Source: Leucoraja ocellata
Taxonomy: Eukaryota
DNA: 64,000 nucleotides
NCBI GenBank assembly: GCA_036785375.1
Contig: JAWMAR010000710.1
Coordinates: 682,001 to 746,000, forward strand
Reading direction: 5' to 3'
Below are positions 40,701 to 50,355 of the stretch, piece by piece. A program made the position numbers and the translations under genes. Below the pieces are notes generated by a model. The model was not told where the DNA came from and ran no database searches. It worked only from the letters and a program-made list of their open reading frames with translations. Every line of letters begins with the position of its first letter. The first letter of the stretch is position 1.

Positions 40701-42649
40701 TAAATTAGTGATACAGAACTTTGAGTCCAAATTCTTTCCTCTGATAACACTGATAACCAATCTACTCTATAATAGACAATATAAGAGTCATAAAGCAAAA
40801 ATCAATGTGCTACAGGAATTAAATGGGTCAGGGATAACCTGTGGAAGAAAATGGACTGACAACGTTTCAGACAGGGAACCTTCTTCAGACCAATCCCTCA
40901 CCAATCCTCACCAATCCCTCTGCCGATCCCATCTTTAAAAATTAAATTACTTAATGAGACCCATATGATCCCGAAGAATTTTGCCACTCACCTTTGATCC
41001 CAAATATTTCATACTGCTTTAGAATTTTCTTGCTCGGCTGTGTTTGAGTCAAGGTAAACAACCCTGCAACTTGAAATGCAGGGTTTCTAATTCTCAGGTC
41101 GATGTTTTCAGGATCCCGTTCAATCTTTTGGTACAAGTTGCTGTCATCCTTCCACTGTGCGTTCCACCAGGTCCAACCCCCATTGTGGAATGTCCCAAGC
41201 AGCTGAACTTCCTGCTCTGTGTGTGGTTTCCATTCCCAGACCACGCGGCCATTTCCAAAACCACCTGGACCTTTTAACAGAAAGTCACCTTTCTTATCCA
41301 AAAAATAAAAATGATTTGGATTTCCTGTTAGAAAGAGGAATGATGGAAACATTGTAATGTGTAATAGCAACTTCTTAATCCCATGGTTATTATTATGCTG
41401 GAGAAACTCAGGGGGTCCGGCAGCATCTGAGGAGGGAAGGGGCAGATGTAATTTTCGGTCGGGACCCTTCTTCAAACAGAAGAAGTCTGATGAGTGATCT
41501 TGACTCTAAAAGTGGTCTGTTTATTCCCTCTCCAATTGTTGCATAACCCATTGAGAATTCTTCCAGCATTTTGTGTTATGCTCAAGAGTCCTCCTCTATA
41601 GGCTTTATATTACTGGGGAGCAGTAGAACAATAATTTCAATAGTTTCTAATCTTGATTTTAAGGTTACATTTTAAACTATTCCACATACAACCCAAGAGT
41701 GAAATGTGGAATACAAGATGTGTTCTCAATGTAATTCTGAAATGTGCATCCTGTTTTCACTATGAAACTTCATTATCAGTAGGATCAATGGAAAACCATT
41801 CATTAATAGGCATAGTGGGGAATGGTGTTGATGAACAAAGAGGTAGATACGAACATGAAACCACAGATGTTGGAATCTTGAGCAAATATCCTTCCCTCCA
41901 ACTTGACATTTCACTCCGCTTCTCTCTTTATTTGACACCCTTTTGTCTACTTTTCACCTTTAACCATTGTCACTTACTCCATACATCTACCAATCAAACC
42001 CCTCTCACCTGTATCTAACTGTTAATTGTGTGGGAAGGAGCTGCAGATGCTGGTTTATACTGATATAGACACAAAATGCTGGAGCAACTCAGCAGGACAG
42101 GAAGCATCTCTGGATAGAGGGAATTGGTGACGTTTTGGGTTGAAATCCTTCTCAGACTGAGAGTCAGCGGAGATGGAGACACAGATATGGAAGTGTAAAG
42201 GGCCTGTCCCACATAGGCTATTTTTTAGACGACTACAAGCGACTAAGCTGTTGCCACATGGCCACCAGGGTGTCGCCTGTATGGTCGTGAGTAGTCTCCT
42301 CCGTCGCCCAAAGAGTCGTAGCATCTTTTTGGTAGCCGCTAGATTTTCAACATGTTCAAATGCTAACTGACCCGCTGAGTACCTACGTTTTGTTTCATGG
42401 AGATGCAAGTTGTTTTAGCTTGTGGTGTTCTTCTAAGACATTTAACAGAGCAGAGATAAAGAAATAAAGTCCAAGTTGCTTTCTCAGTACAGGTGTATAA
42501 ATTAATTAAACATACTGATAAAGCAAAACAATATGATTTTGACTGGTTAAAATAAAACACTTACTTTGGGTGAAAACTGATGGAAATAGAAGGAAAAAAA
42601 AATGTAACTTCAAAGTAGCTGGTATGTTGCTGCCCAGTTGTGACCTCAT
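28726..42649 (-). CDS. Gene A: spliced 8-Ig-domain CD4/LAG-3-related surface protein, (V-C2-V-C2)x2, about 858 aa, hydrophobic C-terminus, no cytoplasmic tail
   Basis: Coding exons: 42565-42649, 40992-41324, 38446-38715, 35886-36221, 35547-35807, 33022-33366, 32170-32442, 30919-31257, 29359-29625, 28726-28793. All introns are GT..AG, all junctions are phase 1, all Ig exon lengths are multiples of 3, and the total is 2577 nt with no internal stop. Family call rests on V-C2 alternation, CD4-like interdomain linkers and WxC F-strands. Confidence 0.85.
29359..29625 (-). CDS. Gene A D8: C2-type Ig domain with WxC motif (paralogous to D4)
   Basis: 267 nt. VTAEPSDAVAEGDNVTLTC..LVW..KWICGL; donor A|gtaagt. 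Confidence 0.9.
30919..31257 (-). CDS. Gene A D7: V-set Ig domain (paralogous to D3)
   Basis: 339 nt. DHSELDLIC..KWTW..YFGNRM..FSVRIVPV..DAGVYTC. Confidence 0.9.
32170..32442 (-). CDS. Gene A D6: C2-type Ig domain (paralogous to D2; F-strand Cys replaced by Trp)
   Basis: 273 nt. GSDITLSCTISRL..LHW..LYTWEVQ. Confidence 0.87.
33022..33366 (-). CDS. Gene A D5: Cys-less V-like Ig domain (paralogous to D1)
   Basis: 345 nt. LKGP..GNG..WEWRPHS..NLRIRKP..AGLFTWTQTQ..KILKQWELFGIK. Confidence 0.87.
35547..35807 (-). CDS. Gene A D4: C2-type Ig domain with WxC motif
   Basis: 261 nt. VTAEPSDALTEGDNVTLTC..LIW..NWRCGL; donor G|gtaagt. Confidence 0.9.
35886..36221 (-). CDS. Gene A D3: V-set Ig domain with canonical disulfide
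   Basis: 336 nt. MIC..ATW..FGNRL..FNVRI..EDAGLYTC; followed by a 78-bp intron to D4. Confidence 0.9.
37660..38113 (+). mobile_element. Rex1/Babar LINE 3' fragment
   Basis: HP..SLLPSGRRYRSL remnant; aataaa plus (taaaacactctt)3 tail. Confidence 0.75.
38446..38715 (-). CDS. Gene A D2: C2-type Ig domain
   Basis: 270 nt. GSDITLSC..LQW..FVCEVQ; canonical splice sites. Confidence 0.88.
39531..39990 (-). mobile_element. CR1-group LINE 3' fragment of a different lineage, inserted in a SINE
   Basis: RSRRGH..YSNSFFPRTIKAWNNL C-terminus; (CCAAGAA)n tail. Confidence 0.75.
40992..41324 (-). CDS. Gene A D1: Cys-less V-like Ig domain
   Basis: 333 nt, ag|..G|gtgagt. Motifs VWEWK (C strand), DLRIRNP (E), AGLFTL (F, Cys replaced), ILKQYEIFGIK (G). 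Confidence 0.85.
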
Positions 42650-42671
42650 TTCACAGATTTAGTCTTTTTTT
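42565..42671 (-). CDS. Gene A leader exon (signal peptide MRSQLGSNIPATLKLHFFFLLFPSVFTQ)
   Basis: Acceptor cttacag, ATG at 42649, hydrophobic core, phase-1 donor CAAA|gtaagt. Homologous to the gene B leader exon. Confidence 0.85.
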
Positions 42672-43894
42672 CTGTAAGAATGAAACAAATAATTTATAAT
42701 GTAAACCCAGTGCCAAAAAACCTTTTTGCAATTGTATGATTTCTCAGTATGTTCAACATGTCACATTGAAATAAAGAAAACAATGTGATGTGCTAAATTA
42801 TTTCCTTATTCTAAATGGAAGATCAGAGTTACTAAACCTCTTCCTATAATAAGTTTCGATGAAGCTATTCATTATGAAAATAAACTGACTAAAGCAGGAA
42901 TTAAAATAAATATTACTGTTTCTTATAGGAAAAATGAACAAAAAGCAGACTTCTTTAAAAGTGTTTCACTACCATGTTTTTTGCTTAAATATATTTAAAT
43001 TACAACCATGGCAGTGAAACACTTTTAAAGAAAAAAAGACTAAATCTGTGAAATGGGATCACTACTGTGTCTATATCCAGTCACACCATAATGTAGCTCT
43101 TGATACAAAGTGGTTGATTGTGAATTCTACTCTGAATTGATATAACAACCCAGCAGGCAAAATGTAGCTTCCATGCCAGCCAACATTGACCTTGGCTGTG
43201 GATGCAGACATGAAAAAGGCTCACCCAGCCCAATGGGTGCTGCCATGCTGTCAATTTTCTATATGTACAAGAAAGCATAGTTCTGATATTTTTCTGTACA
43301 TCTCAGAACAAAACTAAGCCTTGGTGTACAGGAATAGATTGCTTCCACCTCCATGCCTGTACAACAACTGAATTCTATCTCTCCTGAACATTTTACACAT
43401 CAAGTGTCTGACCTTTTTTTTTAGCTGCCCCTCGGGTTAGTGACCTGTGGATTGAGCAATGTAAAATGTTGCCTCAAGTGTTCCTGAAATGCTTCTGTAT
43501 CACCTTTCAACGTGCCCAAATATCCCAAAACAAAATGCTGATTGAAGTTGTCAGAAATTAGTTTGATTATTTATGCCAGGTTGTTACACACAAAGTGCCG
43601 GAGTAACTCTGTGGGTCACCGCTGAGCTGCTGAGATATGCCAGCACTTTGTGTCTATCTTCGGAATAAACCAGCATCTGCTGTTCCTTCCTACTAGCGTA
43701 CCTAGTAAGATTTGTGTCAGCCAGGTCAACTGGCAAAGTACTCTGTTCATCTTTAGATAGTATCCTGTAATTAATGATGTTTAGATGAAAGGACAGACAA
43801 AAGATGCAACTTCGCCTGAATACTTCCCAGAAGATCAGGCTTTCCATGTGAGACATCAACCTACAATCTACCTGTGCAACCATCGATTCAGATT

Positions 43895-44350
43895 TGATGC
43901 ACTCGCTAGAATTTAGAAGATTGTACTCGCTTGTACTCGGCTTAAACTCGTTAGAATTTAGAAGATTGAGGGGGGATCTTATAGAAACTTTCAAAATTCT
44001 TAAGGGGTTGTACAGGCTAGATGCAGGAAGATTGTTCCCGATGTTGGGGAAGTCCAGAACAAGGGGTCACAGTTTAAGGATAAGGGGAAATCTTTTCGGA
44101 CCGAGATGAGAAAAACATTTTTCACACAGAGAGTGGTGAATTTCTGGACTTCTCTGCCACAGAAGGTAGTTGAGGCCTGTTCATTGGCTATATTTAAGAG
44201 GGAGTTACATGTGACCCTTGTGGCTAAAGGGTATGGAGAAAAGGCAGGTACAGGATACTGAATTGGATGATCAGCCATGATCATCTTGAATGGCAGTGCA
44301 GGCTTGAAGGGCCGAATGGCCTACTCCTGCACCTATTTTCTATGTTTCTA
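43895..44350 (+). mobile_element. CR1 LINE 3' fragment
   Basis: SLEFRRLRGDLIETFKILKG; CR1 tail. Confidence 0.9.
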
Positions 44351-45920
44351 TGATGTTCGAGACATTTTTCTGCATAATTGCTGTATGGTTAAACATTAGT
44401 TTAATTCAGAATTTACTTTGTGTCTTAGAGATCTTTTGGAAATTTGGCTCCCAGTTTTTCATTAGGACACTCACTTCATCTTTCACCTGGCATAGAACTC
44501 CTGTAAATAACTCACTGAGAATCTACTTAACATGACAGAAAGTATTTAATTACGTAGAAGAAAATGCCATTCATGGCAACATAACACACCAAAGCTTGTA
44601 GATAATGCTGACAATTATATACTGCCCCTTACATGTTAGATTTTGTTCCTTCTGCCTTTTGATTATCAGCCAGATGTTTTTAACTAAGTAGCACATCACC
44701 GTTTGTCAAAGAAATAAAGAAGCTGCAGAACTATGAAAGACAATAAACCATAAAAAGCATCAGAGCATCACATGGGAAATATGAACATAAACTCATTAAT
44801 TTTGATCAGAAAAGGGATAGGAAATCTTAAAAACAGTAATAAATGCAACCATCTAGTTGTATGAAACCCCCTCGTGTAATTGGATGAATAACGCAACTAA
44901 ATAAGACCTGAAAGCAAACTGCTGGAAGAACCCAGCAGATCAGCTAGGATCTATGGATGGAAATGGTCAGACAACATTTTGGGTCAGAACCCCTCTTCAG
45001 ACTGAAGTAAGAGTTTCCAGATTAGTTTGAAGAGATACATGGTGCAATAGTGAAAATCAAAATAGTATGACATTTTAAAAAAAGATAAAAAATAGAAAAT
45101 ACCAGAAACACAAAGATGATCAGACAGAATCTGTAGAAAAACAAGAAAAGTTTTAGGTCTTAAACTCTTTATCGGAACATAAAGTGCTGGAGGAACTCAG
45201 TGAGTCAGACAGCATCTAAGAACAGGATGGACAGGCAATATTTCAGGACAGGTTTTTTTTTGTGTTTTGCTCTGCAGGAAGGACCAAGTTGATATGATGA
45301 ACCAATCTAGTTAATACATTTTAAGATGGGAATTTAGAAAAAGACCAACAAGGAAATATGTATGAGCTGTGTAATACAGGTCAGGTGTATAGGAAATATT
45401 CAGCAGATTAAACATTGTTACAGGAGTGAGAAAAACATAGAGTCAATATTACAGATGGATAACTTATAGAAGACACCGGCCCTTTCTGACACAAACAGAA
45501 AACATGAGTTACCTGAAATTATTGAATTTGATGTTCAATCCAGAAGCTTGCTTGTGTCCAGATGGACAATGAGATGCTGTTCCTTAAGCATACACTGGGC
45601 TTTGTTCACAATGAGGGCATTTGGGAGAAGCCAAATGCAGATTGATGACCACTCTTTGGACCCCTTGGCTCAGACTGAAGGATATCCCAGGACTACAGTT
45701 ACAGCCTTTTTAGTTCTCCTGTCCATCAAGGCATTTCCTGCTTGTATCTAGTGGTTGCAGTTTTCTGATTTTTGGTCAAAAAACTACAAGATCTTTAGAT
45801 TCCGTTTTCAGTTTCATTGACAACATCCCTTTGAAATGAAGTGTGACTGCTAGCAGTTCACTTGTCTTATGGTGAAGAAGTTCAGGGACTAGATCAGCAA
45901 AGTTCCAAGCACAGACATAC

Positions 45921-46085
45921 CTAAACTGAGCTTCTCTGTCCCGCTCTACACAGAACAGTTAAAGCAGTTTCACATGAAACCAGAACAAACAAACTTCCTC
46001 TTCATTTTCGGATGGTTCATTCATCGTTGATATTGAATGTGGCTGAGCAAACAGAGGCAACCCCAGTTCAAAATAGGAAGTGATC
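45921..46085 (-). promoter_or_regulatory. Putative promoter and non-coding exon 1 of gene A
   Basis: Donor TTTAG|gtatgt at 45921/45920; ETS/PU.1-type motifs GAAGAGGAAGT (45993-46003) and AAATAGGAAGTG (about 46071-46082); aligns with 16870-17080 upstream of gene B. TSS not determinable. Confidence 0.5.
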
Positions 46086-46403
46086 AAAGCCTTGAATGGT
46101 TAGAGGCAAGTTGAGAAAAGAACATCAAACTTGCGTTTCTCAACTCGGCCTCACAGCCGCAAGACAGGAGGTGGTGAGCCGCGGATAGTCTACCCTCCAT
46201 TTCTGGAGGAAGTCTGTGCTCAGTCACGTAATTGCCTGGTTTATTTCCCAGTCAGTTCGGTTTTTGGTTTTCGCAAAACCTAAATCCAGGAAATGCTGCT
46301 CTGTGAAAGGACGAGGATCAGCAGTTTGGCAACTGACTCACAACAGAGGGATGGCCCAATGAAGGTTGGAGGCTCCTCTGGTTGCACAGCAGCCTATATT
46401 AGT

Positions 46404-47715
46404 ACAGGTGCACAACCTTTTATCCGAAGTTCCAAATAACGAAAAGCTCCGAATAGCGGACATTTTTTCGGTCCTTGAAGAAAGGTCCTTGAAGACGTTC
46501 ACCGAGGGCGGCCCGCAGAGGTGACAGCAGAACCTCCAGTCGGTCCTCGAAGAAAGGGGAACTAAATCCCCATTCATAAAAGAGAAGGTGAGGGTATATT
46601 GCACGGGAGGGTTAATAATTGACAATCTGCTGCTGCCTGCCCGCTGAGTTAAAAAGTTCACACGGTAGAATCACGATACACATTGTATCGTGAGTCTTGC
46701 ATGGGAACTTTTTAAAGTCAGCGGGCAGGCAGCAGCAGATTGTCGCTCCCTTCAGTTTCACCCCACCTACACCCCTCTGCTTCCCGGCCATGTGCGTGAC
46801 CCCTTCCCTCCCCTCTCCAGCTCCCCGCCCATTGCACCGGCGCAGGGGCTTTGCACTGTCTTCACGTCGGCGATGCCAGCAGGTCAGTGCCAGTCACCAG
46901 GGACGTCAGGACCAACGGGACACCGACCCCCAGGCCCACTGCAAGCACGGAGATCCCAGAGAACCACAGCCAGCAGCAGCCCAGCCCCGTTCCAACTTCA
47001 GAGGAACACGCTCCCCGTAGGGACAGAAGCTGATGGTGTGCAAGGTACGTCTTGGTCTTGGGGTTGCGGATGAGATGGTGCAGCTCGGGCTGTGACGTCT
47101 CCGGCCACCCCCCTGTACAGGAGCTGAGACTAGGAACTGTGGGGTTGTTTGCAGTTGCAGAGGGAGGGGGCAAGGGCGGTACAGTTCCCAGTCTCAGCTC
47201 CAGTCCAGGGGGGTGGCCGGAGACGTCATGACCAACGGGACACCGACTGCAAGCACGGAGATCCCAGAGACTCACAGCCAGCAGCAACTCTAGCCCAGCC
47301 CCGCTCCAACTCCAGAGGAACCCGGGTTGCGGATGAGGGGGCGCAGCTCGGGCTGTGGGCGAACTGCCACTTGTCGCTGTAGCAGCGCATCGGGGAGCGG
47401 GTTCCTGTTGGTCCTGACATCTCCGGCCACCCCCCTGGACAGGAGCTGAGAGACATCAGGACCACCAGAAGCCGCTCCCCGTTGGGCCGCTACGGCGACA
47501 TGGCAGTTCGCCCACAGCCCGAGCTGCGCCCCCTCATTGGGACACCGACCCCCAGGGAACTGAACTGTGAGTCTGCAATGTACTTGCAATAAATGATTTG
47601 TTAGCGCTTAATGACAATGAGTTATTTGGCCTGCTGCCCTGCCTGTGCTTGAAACTGCAATGCTTTCTTAGGTCTGACTGTTTGGAAGGAATAAATGCTT
47701 TATTAGGTCCAACAG
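46404..47715. mobile_element. Non-autonomous TcMar-like element with internal inverted repeats (right end not found)
   Basis: TA followed by CAGGTGCACAACCTTTTATCCG; hairpin at 46621-46744; GC-rich direct and inverted units at 46890-47560. Confidence 0.55.
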
Positions 47716-48109
47716 CGTGTGGTTCAAAAGTCCCGTTCATTTTGTGACTTTCGCTTAGTGGACAGGTTGCGCTGATTGCGTAATTTCCAGTAAGGCAGAT
47801 GTCACGCTGATTGCGGAAGTGCCGCTGACTGCGGAAGCCCCAAAGTGCAGAGACTGCGCTCAGCCGTGTTAGTATTCAAGAAAGTTTACTGCCATATACA
47901 TGGTGTGTGTCAGTGAGTGTGTGTGTGTATGTATTTGTGTGTGTGTGTGCGCGTGTGTGCGAGTGGTCTCAGTGACTGAGCTGCCAGCCCAAGAATCCAT
48001 TTGGCCAACAATGTCCATACTAGCCCTCTGGAAACTAGTCTCTTCGGCCCACAGCAGCTGCTTGCGCTCCAGAAAGCCCCCCCCCCCCCCCCCCCCCCCC
48101 AGCCAGCAA

Positions 48110-50350
48110 TATTGGAATTGGTGGAGAGGTTGGGTGAGCAATCGAAGGAGTACAACCCCTGATCAAACCACTCCGATTTGTATTTACAAAACAATCCTGA
48201 ACAATATCTAAATTGAACACTATGAATATCTAACTTAAACACACTCTCACTTCAAGTTTTAAATATGTACAAGCAGCAACACAATGACGGTCCGCAGACT
48301 ACTAAACACATTCTAAATCTTAACTTTTAATTACTCTAAATTTATTTACACAGAGCATATTTACAAAATCCGGATAACGATGCAGAAAGCTATTTTTACA
48401 ATTAACAAAATTATTTAAAGCACTAGCGCACAATTCACGAACATTCGATCTCTAAGCCGCATCACGTTGGTATCACGCAGTGAACCTCTCCCTCTGATAC
48501 CGAAGATTTTCCCTTTCCTAGGTTACTCTTTGTTGAGGGGTACTATTCCCTAAAATTATTACTTTTCCTCCCGAATGTTACTATCCCTCTGCTAAGACTG
48601 GACTACTATAGGGGGACCTCCATCCCTCCTCTCTAAGTTCGACAGAATTAGGGGTACCCTTCGCTATTCGCATTACTTTTCCTCAAGTAGGAAGGCTCCC
48701 AACTCTCAGGTACTCTTCGCTATCAGGTACTAATCAACAATCGACCAGAGGGTTACTACTCACTGTTGATCAGCCGCTATTCAGAATCGATCACGGACAT
48801 GCACCAACTTCGAAATTCTATATACAGGTATTCGAATCCCACCTTACACAGAACTTCAATATGAAATCCAGTATTTGGAAATTTCGCTGCAAATTTAGAA
48901 CACTTGAACTAGAACTCAATCTTCTAATTTGTATTGCGTGTCTTATTACTACACGTGCTCTCAAATCAGCTAAAATTGCTCAATTTAAATTTTCTTGAAC
49001 AAACTAGAGTATTCCGGCCAATCTATATCCAAGCTCAGTACCTTTTCGAGATTCCTTGTCCGTCACACAGGACTCAGATATCTACACACAGACACACCCT
49101 CTGCTGAGTGCCGAGGACCCAGCACCTTGCCGCTTCGTGCTGTGAATTATCAATGCCATTTTTCGAAGCGCAGCTTTCCAATTCACGCTCCCGGCAGCGA
49201 TCCGGTCGAAGATGAGACCCGTCTTGAATACCCCACCTAATTCGGATTCCAGGTCTACCCTTGGGCCACCCCTCGCCCGATGAATCACGCTAGGCTCTCG
49301 TTAAAAGCAGCTGCAGTCTGCCCAACTATGACCAATTTAGGCCTCTAACCAAGGACCAGGGCCTCTAACACTAGCCTGGTTTTATGGGCCTGCAACCCAA
49401 AGGCGTGCTAACCACTCTCTCGTGCTTGCTAGACTCTGCTCTAATTATCTAGTTTAGACCCATTCCCAAGCCCAGGAATGTTTGATCCGCTCTAACTCAT
49501 GAGGTGCCGAAAAACAACGCGAAAACCACAGTGGTGCCGATTTCTGCACCCGCCATCAAAACAGCTCAACACCCTTGATCGCAAACTTTTGTTTGGGGGT
49601 CTTTTGAGATCCCACACAAGCCCCCAATGATAATTGCTCGTTTCCAAGCATCCCCCCAGTCTAGTTTCAGTAAAATCACTGAATCAAGCACTTGAATCAA
49701 CTCGATTTTATTTTACCAAAAGCACGTCACATATCACACAATGTACCCTATCCCACCACAGGTTCGATCCTTGCATCTATCTGTTCAAGCCCTCTATGCC
49801 TCGCGCAGACAGAGGCACTCCAGAAGGGTACTCGGTCCTGAGCGCTCTTCCAGAAGATCGACCCTGAGCCTCGTGACCACGGACTTTTATATGCCCTGGG
49901 AACTCGAGGGCCGAACCACATGGGGGTTGTCTCTTAATCACCCAATTACAGATATTGATTAACCCCACACATAACAGGCATTTCCCTAACCCAATGATAC
50001 AACAGTTCAATACATTGTATTCACAACAGACTTTACCCTGATTAACAGAAATCTCAGACAAGGCTCAACACCTCATCCAATCAACACTTAGCAGAGTCAG
50101 ACTCTGCCACATGATTTACAAACTATTTACAAGATGTATGCCTGGTTTGCAGCCATCCAATCCATTCAATGCATTTAGTTCCAGATTGACAGGGTTTGCA
50201 AGGCTTCCCATTCTTTGCTTGCAAATGGTATCCAAGTTCCAGACTCCCTGGCACTTCTCGCAGCCAATCCCTGCTCTGCAGAGAGCTATTCCAATTTGAC
50301 CAAATCTCCCAGCAACCCAGAAACCTTACCCCATTTTGAAGTCCAAGCTG
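48110..50350 (-). mobile_element. ERV-like LTR retroelement: 5' LTR, tRNA-Pro PBS and leader/internal remnant
   Basis: Minus-strand order: ATATAAAA (49885-49892), AATAAA (49707-49712), LTR end ..TTATCA (49628), PBS TGGGGGCTTGTGTGGGAT (49609-49626; 15/18 to the tRNA-Pro PBS). Outer boundaries approximate. Confidence 0.7.
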
Positions 50351-50355
50351 GTCCA

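Noticed and set aside
28726-42649. Assigning the symbol CD4 or LAG3
   Set aside because: Eight domains, unsplit D1 exon, no cytoplasmic CxC or FxxL/EP motif, and no synteny visible in the window.
46690-47589. Overlapping GC-rich ORFs (also 19326-20041)
   Set aside because: Stop-poor internal repeats of non-autonomous elements.
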